Notes: generated from the letters alone by a model not told the origin. A DNA stretch of 63,610 nt from an uncultured bacterium (GCA_964428805.1 CAYRZF010000002.1:1-63610); one strand, 5' to 3'; counted from the first letter of the stretch, positions 50,127 through 59,413 are shown. Translations and numbers: made by a program.

Positions 50127-51936
50127 TCTCGGCACCACCAACAGCCTCGTGGCGTACATGGAGGGGGACTTCCCCAAGGTAATTCCCGACGCGGAGGGAC
50201 GCGTCCTCCTGCCGTCCGTGGTGGCCTTCACCCCCGACGGCGTCCTGGTGGGCGATGCGGCCAGGCGGCAGCTCGTCAGGAACCCGACCCGGACCATCTA
50301 CTCGATCAAGCGGTTCATGGGGAAGGGGTACGAAGATGTCAAAGAGGAGCTGCGGTATTTCCCCTTTCGGGTCCTGCCGAGTCGCGAGATCGTGCGCATC
50401 AGGGTCGGAGAGCGAGAGGTCACGCCGCCTGAGGTCTCGGCGCTGATCCTGAGAGCCCTGAAGGAGCGAGCCGAGGCCCACCTGGGCGAGCCCGTCACGA
50501 AGGCGGTCATCACGATCCCCGCGTACTTCAACGACAGCCAGCGTCAGGCCACCAAGGACGCGGGGCGGATCGCCGGCTTGGAGGTTCTGAGAATCGTCAA
50601 CGAGCCGACCGCCGCGTCACTCGCCTACGGGCTTCACCGTCTCACGCAGGGGACCATCGCGGTCTACGACCTGGGCGGCGGGACCTTCGACATTTCGATC
50701 CTCAAGGTGAAGGATGGGATCTTCGAGGTGCTGGCCACGAACGGCAACACGCATCTCGGCGGCGATGACTTCGACCGGGCGCTGGTGGACTGGCTGCTGG
50801 CCGATATCGAGGCGCGTCACGGGAGAGACCTCAGCGGCGACTTGGAGGCCATGCAGGAGCTCCGGCTCGGGGCCGAGGCCGCCAAATGTCGCCTGTCCTA
50901 CGAGGACCGGACGGTGTTCACGATTCCGTTTCCCCAGCATGGATTCACCTATCGGCGGGAGATCGCGCGCTCGGATGTGGAAGCCTTGATCGAGCCGCTG
51001 GTCCAGCAGACGCTCGGCCCGTGCCGCCTGGCCCTGGCCGACTCCCGGCTGGTCGCCGAGCAAATTGATGAGATCGTCCTGGTTGGCGGCTCCACCCGGA
51101 TCCCGCTTGTGAAGCGGCGCGTTCAGGAGCTGTTCGGCAAGTCGCCGCACAGCCAGCTGAACCCCGACGAGGTCGTGGCCCTGGGGGCGGCCGTGCAGGC
51201 TCACATCCTGGCCGGCGGGATCACCAACATGCTCCTGCTTGACGTCACGCCCCTCTCCCTCGGGATCGAGACTGTGGGGGGCGTCATGAGCGTGCTGATT
51301 CCGCGGAACACCACAATCCCGACCAGCGCCAAGGAGCTGTTCACCACCTCGGTGGACGGGCAGGCGGTCGTGGACATGCACGTGCTCCAGGGCGAGCGGG
51401 AGCTGGCCAACGACAACCGGTCTCTTGCCCGCTTTGAGCTCCGCGGCATTGACCCCATGCCCGCCGGGATGCCGCGGATCGAGGTGACGTTCCTCATCGA
51501 TGCCAACGGGATCCTCCAGGTCCACGCCAAGGAACTCAGGACCGAAAAGGCCGCGTCCATCGAAGTGAAGCCCTCCTACGGGCTCACCGATGCTGAAGTG
51601 GAACGGATGATCGAGGAATCCTTCATTCACGCCGAAGAAGATGTGGCGTCGCGGCTCCTCATCGAGGCTCGCAACGAGGCGGACACGGTCGTCCGCGCCA
51701 CGGAGCGGGCGCTGGGGCAGGGGAGCCACTTGATCGCCGAAGACGAGGCGGCCCGGATCAAAGAGGCGCTGGCGGCACTGAAGGGCGTCAGCGACGGAAA
51801 TGACCGGGACGCCATTCGTGAGGCAACAGAACGGCTCAACCAGGCCACGCTTCACTTGGCCGAGATCCTGATGGACTCCGCCCTCAAGGAGGCCCTGACC
51901 TCGAAGCGGGTGACGGAGGCTCTGGAGAAGAAATAG
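50104..51936 (+). CDS. hscA: Fe-S cluster chaperone HscA (Hsp70 family)
   Basis: IVGIDLGTTNSLVA, DLGGGTFDISIL, LVGGSTRIPLV. 610 aa. Confidence 0.92.
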   Translation: MSRIVGIDLGTTNSLVAYMEGDFPKVIPDAEGRVLLPSVVAFTPDGVLVGDAARRQLVRNPTRTIYSIKRFMGKGYEDVKEELRYFPFRVLPSREIVRIRVGEREVTPPEVSALILRALKERAEAHLGEPVTKAVITIPAYFNDSQRQATKDAGRIAGLEVLRIVNEPTAASLAYGLHRLTQGTIAVYDLGGGTFDISILKVKDGIFEVLATNGNTHLGGDDFDRALVDWLLADIEARHGRDLSGDLEAMQELRLGAEAAKCRLSYEDRTVFTIPFPQHGFTYRREIARSDVEALIEPLVQQTLGPCRLALADSRLVAEQIDEIVLVGGSTRIPLVKRRVQELFGKSPHSQLNPDEVVALGAAVQAHILAGGITNMLLLDVTPLSLGIETVGGVMSVLIPRNTTIPTSAKELFTTSVDGQAVVDMHVLQGERELANDNRSLARFELRGIDPMPAGMPRIEVTFLIDANGILQVHAKELRTEKAASIEVKPSYGLTDAEVERMIEESFIHAEEDVASRLLIEARNEADTVVRATERALGQGSHLIAEDEAARIKEALAALKGVSDGNDRDAIREATERLNQATLHLAEILMDSALKEALTSKRVTEALEKK

Positions 51937-51938
51937 GA

Positions 51939-52292
51939 ATGACGTATAAGGTGACGTTTCTCCCGCAGAACATCACGGTGGAGGTGGACCCGGAGAAGTT
52001 CCCCCTCCAGGAGGACGGCCTGCCGGGTTCCGTCCTGGACATCGCGCTGGGGAACAACATCGCCCTGCAGCACAACTGCGGCGGCAAGTGCGCCTGCACC
52101 ACCTGCCACGTCATCGTGAAGGAGGGGGCGGAGAACCTCTCCAAGATGGAGGAGGACGAGGAGGACCGGCTCGACACTGCCGAGGGACTCACCCTCCATT
52201 CGCGGTTGGGCTGCCAAGCGGTCGTGAGCGGCGACGTCGTCGTGGAAATCCCGCTGTCCGGGCGGGGAGGTCACACGCCTCCCAGCCATTGA
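51939..52292 (+). CDS. fdx: ISC-type [2Fe-2S] ferredoxin
   Basis: NCGGKCACTTCHV plus a distal Cys in SRLGCQ (adrenodoxin-type spacing). Confidence 0.88.
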   Translation: MTYKVTFLPQNITVEVDPEKFPLQEDGLPGSVLDIALGNNIALQHNCGGKCACTTCHVIVKEGAENLSKMEEDEEDRLDTAEGLTLHSRLGCQAVVSGDVVVEIPLSGRGGHTPPSH

Positions 52293-52347
52293 GGAGCCCG
52301 GACGCCGTCGGAAGGGCGCAAGGACCACCACGAGGTGAGGAGCTCAT

Positions 52348-52554
52348 ATGGGGCTGACCTGGAAAGACGTGGAAGACATCGCGATGGCGCTGGCGGAGAA
52401 GTTCCCGGACACGGACCCATTGGGAGTGCGGTTCACCGATCTCCACAAGTGGGTGACCCAGCTCGACGACTTTTCGGACGATCCGGAAGCCTCCAACGAG
52501 GGGATCTTGGAGGCCATCCAGATGGCCTGGGTCGAGGAGGTCCGGAATCGGTAG
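52348..52554 (+). CDS. iscX: Fe-S assembly protein IscX
   Basis: 68 aa, acidic. MGLTWKDVEDIAMALAEKFPDTDPLGVRFTDLHKWV is the IscX pattern. Last gene of the operon. Confidence 0.8.
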   Translation: MGLTWKDVEDIAMALAEKFPDTDPLGVRFTDLHKWVTQLDDFSDDPEASNEGILEAIQMAWVEEVRNR

Positions 52555-52596
52555 GAGACCCACCTTCGGTGGGTACCCCGACCCCCTCCGGCAGGG

Positions 52597-52848
52597 CTAC
52601 CAGGAAATGACCTGGTCCGCGGAAAAGATCAGGTCGAGCAACGCAGAATAGGTGAGAGTGTCCCTGCCGGCGAGGGAAGATTCCGCGGCGAGGTGCTGCA
52701 CCCGGACGCCGGAGGGCAGCGGGAGGGCCTCGGTGCCCTGGGTGAGAACGACGGTGAGCGTTGTGTCGGGCTGGCGGCTCTGCCGCTGGATCATCGACAG
52801 CGCGTGGGCGGGGACGGGAGCCTTGAGCAGGTGAAGGACGTGGGGCAT
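52597..52848 (-). CDS. DsrH/TusB-like sulfur relay protein
   Basis: 83 aa. MPHVLHLL start, and ends LTYSALLDLIFSADQVISW, as TusB/DsrH proteins do. Last gene of a three-gene set. Confidence 0.6.
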   Translation of the reverse strand: MPHVLHLLKAPVPAHALSMIQRQSRQPDTTLTVVLTQGTEALPLPSGVRVQHLAAESSLAGRDTLTYSALLDLIFSADQVISW

Positions 52849-53207
52849 CAGAACACGATGAACCGCCGACAGCGCCCCATGAGTTCGGCGATCTCATCCG
52901 GGGAAACCGGGATGAGCGGGTGGCCCTCCTCGTTCCAATCCGCCGGTTCGGTCGGGATGGCGGACTTCTCGATGTGGAACGGAATCTCCATCTTCCTGAG
53001 AGCGCCTCGGTGTCTGGCGATATCGTCGCCGTCCACGAGGTCATCGGTGTCCGCGTCGAGGAGATGGACGGATGGACCCGTCAGGATGATCGTCACGTCG
53101 TTCTCGCCGGCGGCAACTCCGAGCGCGATCCGCATCGCCTCGTTGGCCCGGTGGGAGCTGCGGGGATCCTCAGCGATGAGGACCGCGACGGGCCGCGATT
53201 CGTCCAC
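52848..53207 (-). CDS. DsrF/TusC-like sulfur relay protein
   Basis: The start is set at GTG 53207 (GAGGGGA upstream; the track uses 53288). VAVLIAEDPRSSHRANEAMRIALGVAAGENDVTIILTGPSVHLL, ending RFIVF. Confidence 0.6.
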   Translation of the reverse strand: MDESRPVAVLIAEDPRSSHRANEAMRIALGVAAGENDVTIILTGPSVHLLDADTDDLVDGDDIARHRGALRKMEIPFHIEKSAIPTEPADWNEEGHPLIPVSPDEIAELMGRCRRFIVF

Positions 53208-53375
53208 GGGGCTAGTCCCCTCGGGGCCGGGCCAAATGGCGAGCCAGACAAGGCCCGAGGGAGAAGCCGACCGGAGCGTAACGACCACGCCGGCCTGCGG
53301 CCGGACGCGGTGCCCGCAAAGGAACGGATCGGCGACAACCGAGAACGCAGTATGGCGAAGTCAGGTGGGCCGGCA

Positions 53376-53699
53376 CTAGTTCAGGGCGAGAAATCGCTCA
53401 CAACCGTTGATCAGGTCTGTGAGCACCACCAGGCCGCAGTAGTTGAACCGGTCGGGGTCGGAGAGCGGGACGTTTCGCTTCTGGCAGCCGTAGGCGCACA
53501 CGAAGAGTTTCGCCCCGCGCTCGGCGAGCTCCTGGATCTCGGGCCGGTGTTTGGCGAGGACGGCGTCGTCGATCAGGTAGAGGTACAGGTCGGCCCCCCG
53601 GTCGAGCGCCGCACGCGACAGGCGGATCGTGGTGTCCAGGTTGGGGTGCTCGGGCTTCGTCGAGAGGAGCAGCCCCAATTTCCGCTTGGCGAGATCCAT
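53376..53699 (-). CDS. DsrE-family sulfur relay protein (short form)
   Basis: 107 aa. LYLYLIDDAV, and a conserved Cys in KLFVCAYGCQKRN. Confidence 0.65.
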   Translation of the reverse strand: MDLAKRKLGLLLSTKPEHPNLDTTIRLSRAALDRGADLYLYLIDDAVLAKHRPEIQELAERGAKLFVCAYGCQKRNVPLSDPDRFNYCGLVVLTDLINGCERFLALN

Positions 53700-53764
53700 G
53701 GCGACTTGAGCTTAGCATCCGGTCCGAACACTGTCAACGAAGGTGAGGCCCGCGGGGAGAAACG

Positions 53765-53793
53765 TTGACACCTTCGGGCGATCTCGGTAAGGT
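53765..53793 (+). promoter_or_regulatory. sigma70-like promoter of nifS-nifU-cysE
   Basis: TTGACA (53765-53770), 17-nt spacer, TAAGGT (53788-53793). Confidence 0.4.
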
Positions 53794-53801
53794 GAGCTGA
53801 T

Positions 53802-54959
53802 ATGAGCCGTCGCGTCTACCTGGATCACAATGCGTCGACCCCTGTGCACCCGGAGGTGGTGGTGGCCATGCTCCCGTACTTCGGGGAGCATTTCGGCAAT
53901 CCCTCCAGCGTCCACGGCTTCGGCCGCGAGGCGCGCGAAGGGCTTGAGATCGCCCGGGAGCAGATCTCGCACTTCCTCCGCGTGGGTAAGGAGGAAGTGC
54001 TCTTTACCTCGGGCGGCACCGAATCCGACAACCTGGCCATCAAGGGCGTGGCCTGGGCTCGGGGCGCCGGCCACATCATCACGTCACAGATCGAGCACCA
54101 CGCGGTGCTCCGGACGTGCCAGTCCCTCGAAAGCCAGGGGTTTACGGTGACATATCTTCCGCTGGACTCGGACGGGTTGGTGGACCCCGCTGATGTCCGC
54201 AAGGCCATCAGACCCGACACGATCCTGATCACAATCATGCACGCGAACAGCGAGGTGGGAACGATCCAACCCGTGGAGGCCATCGGCCCCATCGCGCGGG
54301 AGCGGGGCATCCCGTTTCATGTGGACGCCGTCCAGACGTTCGGCAAGATCCCCATCGACCTCGACCGCTTCGGGATTGATCTCCTCTCCTTCTCAAGCCA
54401 CAAGATCTACGGTCCCAAGGGTGTGGCCGGGTTGTACATGCGCAGGGGCATCAGGATGGTCGCCGTCCAGCACGGGGGGGAGCACGAGCGCCGCCGCCGG
54501 GCGGGGACGGAGAACGTCCCGGGTATCGTGGGATTCGGGAAGGCGGTGGAGATCCGGTCTCGCGAGATGGACGCGGAAGCGGTCCGCCTCGCGGCCTTAC
54601 GCAATCGCTTATGGACCGGGGTGGAGTCCCGGGTTCAGGAGGTTCGGCTCAACGGCCACCCGACGCGGCGCCTGCCGGGCACGCTCAACATGTGCTTCCG
54701 GCATGTGGAGTCTGAATCCATCGTGCTGGGACTTGATCTCAAGGGTGTGGGTGTCTCGGCGGGCTCGGCCTGCACGTCGGGCAACGTGGAGCCTTCGTAC
54801 GTGCTGGTGGCCATGGGCGTTCCCCTCGATTGGGCCATGGGATCGGTGCGCGCGACCCTGGGCCGCGGGAACACGGACGATGACATCGATTACGTCCTCG
54901 AGATCCTCCCCCCCCTCGTGGAGCGGATCCGGAGTCTGTCACCGGCCGCGGTCTCATGA
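53802..54959 (+). CDS. nifS: class I cysteine desulfurase (NifS-like), second copy in the window
   Basis: 385 aa: FTSGGTESDNLAIKG, SSHKIYGPKGVAGLYMRR, SAGSACTSGNVEPSYV. Confidence 0.9.
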   Translation: MSRRVYLDHNASTPVHPEVVVAMLPYFGEHFGNPSSVHGFGREAREGLEIAREQISHFLRVGKEEVLFTSGGTESDNLAIKGVAWARGAGHIITSQIEHHAVLRTCQSLESQGFTVTYLPLDSDGLVDPADVRKAIRPDTILITIMHANSEVGTIQPVEAIGPIARERGIPFHVDAVQTFGKIPIDLDRFGIDLLSFSSHKIYGPKGVAGLYMRRGIRMVAVQHGGEHERRRRAGTENVPGIVGFGKAVEIRSREMDAEAVRLAALRNRLWTGVESRVQEVRLNGHPTRRLPGTLNMCFRHVESESIVLGLDLKGVGVSAGSACTSGNVEPSYVLVAMGVPLDWAMGSVRATLGRGNTDDDIDYVLEILPPLVERIRSLSPAAVS

Positions 54960-55360
54960 ACTACAGCCAGACGCTCATCGACCACTTCAGGAATCCCCGG
55001 AACGCCGGGATGATGCGCGACCCGGCCGGGGTTGGCGAGGACACCTTTGACGGTTGCGGCGACCTGGCCAGGTTTTATCTGAAGGTAGTGGACGGGCGTG
55101 TTTCCGAGGTGAGATTTCAGACCTACGGCTGCGGGCCCACGATTGCGGCCTCCAGCGCCGGTAGTGAGCTGGTGGCAGGCCGGGCTGTCACGGACCTGCT
55201 GGCGTTGACCGAAAAGGAGGTGACCGCCGCGGTGGATGGACTTCCGGACGAACGCCTTCACGCGGCCCAAGTGGTGGCGGGCGCGCTCCGCGCGGCGGCC
55301 CGGAATTACCTAACCCGGAGGAATGCGTCGAGCGCAGCGGGGGTGAGGCAGCATGTTTGA
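54956..55360 (+). CDS. NifU N-terminal/IscU-like scaffold paralogue lacking the third ligand Cys
   Basis: GCGDLARF and [14 protein letters not shown] are conserved. [11 protein letters not shown] stands where IscU has IHCSVLAEDAI. Confidence 0.75.
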   Translation: MNYSQTLIDHFRNPRNAGMMRDPAGVGEDTFDGCGDLARFYLKVVDGRVSEVRFQTYGCGPTIAASSAGSELVAGRAVTDLLALTEKEVTAAVDGLPDERLHAAQVVAGALRAAARNYLTRRNASSAAGVRQHV

Positions 55361-56024
55361 AATGATGCGGCGAGACATTCGGGCGGCCCTTGAACGTGAT
55401 CCGGCGGCGCGGTCGGCGCTCCAGATCGTGCTCTGTTACCCGGGCATCCACGCCGTCTGGCTTCACCGCATCGCCCACCGACTGTGGGGATGGGGCTGGT
55501 TGACCCTGGCTCGCTTCGTCGCGCACCTGGGCCGGTTCCTGACGGGGATCGAGATCCATCCGGGGGCCAAGCTCGGACCCGGGTTGTTCATCGATCACGG
55601 CATGGGCGTGGTCATCGGGGAGACCGCCGAGGTCGGGGAGAACGTAACCCTCCTCCATGGAGTGACGCTGGGCGGGACGAGCCTCAAGCGGGAGAAGCGC
55701 CATCCGACCCTGGGGAACAACGTGGTGGTGGGCGCCGGGGCGACAATCCTCGGGGCGTTCAAGATCGGCGATGGCAGCCGGATCGGCGCGGGATCCGTCG
55801 TCGTCCGGGAGGTTCCCCCGAACTCGGTTGTCGTCGGAGTGCCGGGTCGGGTCACCCACAAGGACGGGCAGCGAGTGGCAGGGCAGATCGACCTGAACCA
55901 GATCGACCTCCCGGACCCTCTCGCCAGGGCCATCGAGCAGTTGTTGGACCGAATTCATCATCTCGAATCGGAAGTCCAGACGTTGCGAAAGGTTGTTGAG
56001 GAGCGAGAAGTCGGACGCCGCTGA
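55353..56024 (+). CDS. cysE: serine O-acetyltransferase
   Basis: [44 protein letters not shown], and hexapeptide repeats. Confidence 0.88.
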   Translation: MFEMMRRDIRAALERDPAARSALQIVLCYPGIHAVWLHRIAHRLWGWGWLTLARFVAHLGRFLTGIEIHPGAKLGPGLFIDHGMGVVIGETAEVGENVTLLHGVTLGGTSLKREKRHPTLGNNVVVGAGATILGAFKIGDGSRIGAGSVVVREVPPNSVVVGVPGRVTHKDGQRVAGQIDLNQIDLPDPLARAIEQLLDRIHHLESEVQTLRKVVEEREVGRR

Positions 56025-56060
56025 CCCTGACGTCACAGCGCCAAAGGAGGAAACTGAGAC

Positions 56061-56243
56061 GTGGTCCCCAAGGATAAGATGACGATGTCTGAGGCGTCTG
56101 CCTACCTTGCCGTGGATGCCGAAACGCTCCGCCGCATGGCGTCGGAGCGAAGCATCCCGTGCCTGAAGGTAGAGGAAGAGTGGGTCTTCTCCAAGAAGTC
56201 AATCGACAAGTGGCGACGCCAACGGGAGACGAAGCGTTTGTAA
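56061..56243 (+). CDS. small excisionase/MerR-type helix-turn-helix protein
   Basis: 60 aa. MSEASAYLAVDAETLRRMASERSIPCLKVEEEWVFSKKSIDKW is the HTH_17-like pattern. AGGAGG upstream. Confidence 0.6.
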   Translation: MVPKDKMTMSEASAYLAVDAETLRRMASERSIPCLKVEEEWVFSKKSIDKWRRQRETKRL

Positions 56244-56271
56244 CAGCGGCCCAGCCTCCTAGTCCCCTCCT

Positions 56272-57456
56272 GTGACGACCGCAGGTCCTGTCCGCTCCAT
56301 CATCCACGTTGACATGGACGCATTCTACGCGTCCGTGGAGGAGCGTGACCGTCCCGAGCTCCGCGGGCGGCCGGTCATCGTGGGTGCCGATCCGCGAGGT
56401 CGCGGGGTCGTGTCTGCGGCCTCCTACGAGGCTCGAAGGTTCGGCGTCGACTCTGCTATGCCGATCGGGAAGGCCGCCCGTCTCTGCCCCCACGCCGCCT
56501 TCCTTCCCGTGGATATGGAGAAGTACGCCCGCGTTTCCGGCCAGATCATGGCCATCCTATCGGAGTACTCACCGCTGGTGGAGCCGATTTCCGTGGACGA
56601 GGCGTTCCTCGACGTCATGGGGACCGATCGCCTGCTGGGCCCACCCCTGGAGGTCGCCCGGGCGATCAAGGCCCACCTCCGGCGGGAGGTGAAGCTCACG
56701 GCGTCGGCGGGGGTCGCGCCCAACAAGTTCCTCGCCAAGCTCGCGTCGGATCTTGAAAAGCCCGACGGCCTCGTGGAAGTAAAACCAGGGGAAGAGATGG
56801 CGTTCCTCAAGGACCTCCCGATTGAGCGCCTCTGGGGGGTCGGCCGGATCACCGCGGAAGCCATCAGGCGAATGGGGATCGAGACCATCGGGCAACTGGC
56901 CGGACTCCCGGTCCAGGTTCTTGAGCGGCGCTTCGGAAAAAGCGGCAGGCAGCTGCATGCGTTGGCCCGGGGAAGAGATGATCGGCCGGTGGAACCCTTC
57001 ACCCCGCCCAAGTCCATGGGGGCCGAAGAAACGTTTTCTTCCGATCATCGTGACCTCGAGCGCCTGGAGGTGACGCTTCGCGCCCAGGCCGAGCGGGTCG
57101 CGCGGGAGCTCAGGCTCGCGGGCTGCCTCGGAAAGACCGTCACGCTGAAGGTCCGCTTCAGCGACTTCCGCACCGTGACGCGGCGCCTCAGTGGCGAACC
57201 CACGCAGGAGGGGCTCGAGATCTTTCGGCGGGCGCGGAGCCTGCTTGAGGGGGTCCGTCTGGTTGATCCCGTGCGGCTCATCGGCGTTTCCGTTTCTGGC
57301 CTCGTCTCGAGTGATGCCGACCAGCTCCATCTCTTTCCCGACCCCGCGGTCCGGCGGGCCAGACTGGCCCAGGCGGTGGACGCGCTCGTCGAGCGATTCG
57401 GAGACCGCACCCTAATCGCCGCTCGCCTCCTCATGCGACCACGCCAACAGGATTGA
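56272..57456 (+). CDS. dinB: DNA polymerase IV
   Basis: IIHVDMDAFYASVEERDRPEL, SIDEAFLDV, ASAGVAPNKFLAKLASD. Confidence 0.92.
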   Translation: MTTAGPVRSIIHVDMDAFYASVEERDRPELRGRPVIVGADPRGRGVVSAASYEARRFGVDSAMPIGKAARLCPHAAFLPVDMEKYARVSGQIMAILSEYSPLVEPISVDEAFLDVMGTDRLLGPPLEVARAIKAHLRREVKLTASAGVAPNKFLAKLASDLEKPDGLVEVKPGEEMAFLKDLPIERLWGVGRITAEAIRRMGIETIGQLAGLPVQVLERRFGKSGRQLHALARGRDDRPVEPFTPPKSMGAEETFSSDHRDLERLEVTLRAQAERVARELRLAGCLGKTVTLKVRFSDFRTVTRRLSGEPTQEGLEIFRRARSLLEGVRLVDPVRLIGVSVSGLVSSDADQLHLFPDPAVRRARLAQAVDALVERFGDRTLIAARLLMRPRQQD

Positions 57457-57478
57457 CGCCCCGACAAAGGAGTCCTCG

Positions 57479-57694
57479 ATGCGTGACGAGGTCAAAGCGC
57501 ATATTGCTGGTGTTGTCTTCCAGGTGGTAGCCAATCCCGGCGACAAGGTCGGGGCCGGAGACCCGATCATCGTGCTGGAGTCCATGAAGATGGAGATTCC
57601 CGTCGAGGCGCCCCGTGCGGGGACCGTAACCGAGTTGAGGGTGAAGGAAGGAGAGGCGGTCCAGGAAGGAGACACCGTGGCGCTCCTGGACTAA
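57479..57694 (+). CDS. stand-alone biotinyl/lipoyl carrier domain protein
   Basis: 71 aa with ILESMKMEIPVEAP (the biotinyl-Lys MKM motif). No carboxylase subunit is adjacent. Confidence 0.8.
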   Translation: MRDEVKAHIAGVVFQVVANPGDKVGAGDPIIVLESMKMEIPVEAPRAGTVTELRVKEGEAVQEGDTVALLD

Positions 57695-57753
57695 TGGAGC
57701 GATCCGGCAAGGAGGGTCCCGCCCGGCCGCCCTTCCGTCCCGGAATTCACGAC

Positions 57754-57782
57754 TTGACCGGGGTTCAGATCCGGGGTAGGGT
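57754..57782 (+). promoter_or_regulatory. possible sigma70-like promoter inside the 252-nt non-coding gap
   Basis: TTGACC (57754-57759), 17-nt spacer, TAGGGT (57777-57782). Confidence 0.3.
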
Positions 57783-57786
57783 CAGA

Positions 57787-57947
57787 TCGCCCTGGGCGGT
57801 TCGGGGTTGCCGGCAGTCGCCAACCAACGGTCGGTTGGGGCCGGGAGGGCGGACTTGGGATGCCAGGTCCCCTGAGGAACGGCCTCGAAAGGTTGACGGA
57901 CGGCGAAAGTCGAGAGCATTCCGAGCCCCCGGGGCTCTTTCTTTTTC
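57787..57947 (+). ncRNA. candidate small RNA of about 160 nt, or a long structured 3' UTR; family unknown
   Basis: Bounded by the putative promoter and a canonical terminator. It contains nested helices by eye (CGCCCU..AGGGCG enclosing CCGGC/CCAACC-AACGGUC-GGUUGG/GCCGG, and GACUU..AAGUC enclosing GUCC..GGAC). There is no credible ORF. Confidence 0.2.
57923..57947 (+). terminator. intrinsic terminator abutting the rpoD stop codon
   Basis: GAGCCCC-C-GGGGCTC followed by TTTCTTTTTC. Confidence 0.55.
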
Positions 57948-59413
57948 TAATTCTCCACGAAGGCTCTGAGAGCCCGCCCCCGCAACGGGTGGCGCAGCTT
58001 CTTCAGCGCCTTGGCCTCGATCTGACGGATGCGCTCGCGCGTCACCGAAAAGCGCTCGCCGACTTCTTCCAGCGTGTGTTCGCCGTCCGCACCGATCCCG
58101 AAGCGCAGTCGCAGGATCTGCTGCTCCTTGGGAGAGAGCGTCGCCAAGACCCGCTCTATCTGCACGCCCAGTTCCTGGCTGAGCAGTGAGTCGTTGGGGG
58201 AGTGGACGTTCTTGTCCTCCAGGAAGTCTGCGAGCTGGGAGTCTTCGCCGATCGGCGTCTCCAGCGACAACGGCTTCCGTGACGATTCGAGGATCAGCCT
58301 CACCTTCCAGGCCGGGACGCCCGCCCGCTGCGCCAGCTCCTCGGGCGTTGGCTCGCGGCCCATCTGGCTGGCCAGATTCCGGCTCACCCGCGAGATCCGG
58401 TTCAGGGTTTCCACCATGTGGACCGGAATTCGGATCGTGCGCGAATGATCGGCGATGGCGCGGGTGATGGCCTGACGGATCCACCAGGTCGCGTATGTGG
58501 AGAACTTGAAGCCGCGGCGGTACTGGAACCGATCCACGGCCTTCATCAACCCCAGGTTCCCCTCCTGGATCAGGTCCAGCAGCGAGAGGTCGCTCCCCAG
58601 GTAGCGCTTGGCGACGGAGACGACCAGCCGGAGGTTGGCCTCCATCAGTTCGCGCTTGGCCGTCCGAACGACCCGGTCGTGCTGGTCGATCTGACGCAGC
58701 CGCTCGAGGAGCTGCCGCCAGGGCAGCCCCAGGAGTGCCTCCGCCTCGCGAATCTGCCGGCCGGCGCCCCCCCGGCGGCTCCCCTTTCGCGCGGCGTCCA
58801 GTTCTTGGAGCGGAGCAACCTGCTTCCGGAGGTCCGCCACGAGGGCATCGACGAGGGCAGGCTTGAGGGGGAGACCGCCGACGATAGTCTGGATTTGCTC
58901 CCGGTTGTGAGCGATCCAGCGCTGGTAAGTCGCCCGCGTGCTCTTCGAGCGGCGGCGATCCCTGAGCGCGGTCTCGAGCCGAGCGATTTCCCGTTCCAGT
59001 CGCCGGATTCGACTGAACGCCGCCAGCATGGGCTTGACCTCGTCGGGTTCGGGGTCGCCCCCCTCGGGGAGCAGGATCAGTTCATCCAGGGGCAGCTCTC
59101 GCCGCCTTACGCGGTCGGCAAGCTCCAGCAGGGCCTGGACCGCTCGCCGAATCCCGGCCAGGGCGCACCGCAGTTCCGTTTGCCCCGCCTCGATTCGCTG
59201 GCCGATCTCCACCTCCTGCTCGGCCTTCAGCAGGGAGACCTTACCGATCTCCTTCAGGTACAGGCGAACCGGATCTTCGATGTGGGCAGCCGATCTGGCG
59301 GAGGTTTCCTCTTCGAGGGGGGCCCGCGGCTCCTCGATCTCAGACAGGGGGAGCGGGCAAGCAGGGGCACTGGCCGTACCCGGGCTATGTTCAAGGGATT
59401 CGTTGAAGCTCAT
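57947..59413 (-). CDS. rpoD: primary RNA polymerase sigma factor (sigma-70)
   Basis: 488 aa. Region 1.2 ([16 protein letters not shown]), region 2 ([44 protein letters not shown]), region 4 ([28 protein letters not shown]). Confidence 0.93.
   Translation of the reverse strand: MSFNESLEHSPGTASAPACPLPLSEIEEPRAPLEEETSARSAAHIEDPVRLYLKEIGKVSLLKAEQEVEIGQRIEAGQTELRCALAGIRRAVQALLELADRVRRRELPLDELILLPEGGDPEPDEVKPMLAAFSRIRRLEREIARLETALRDRRRSKSTRATYQRWIAHNREQIQTIVGGLPLKPALVDALVADLRKQVAPLQELDAARKGSRRGGAGRQIREAEALLGLPWRQLLERLRQIDQHDRVVRTAKRELMEANLRLVVSVAKRYLGSDLSLLDLIQEGNLGLMKAVDRFQYRRGFKFSTYATWWIRQAITRAIADHSRTIRIPVHMVETLNRISRVSRNLASQMGREPTPEELAQRAGVPAWKVRLILESSRKPLSLETPIGEDSQLADFLEDKNVHSPNDSLLSQELGVQIERVLATLSPKEQQILRLRFGIGADGEHTLEEVGERFSVTRERIRQIEAKALKKLRHPLRGRALRAFVEN

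Noticed and set aside
57694-57969. 91-aa plus-strand ORF in the gap before rpoD.
   Set aside because: It is Arg/Pro/Gly-rich, has no Shine-Dalgarno, and runs through the terminator hairpin into the rpoD coding region. The region is treated as non-coding.
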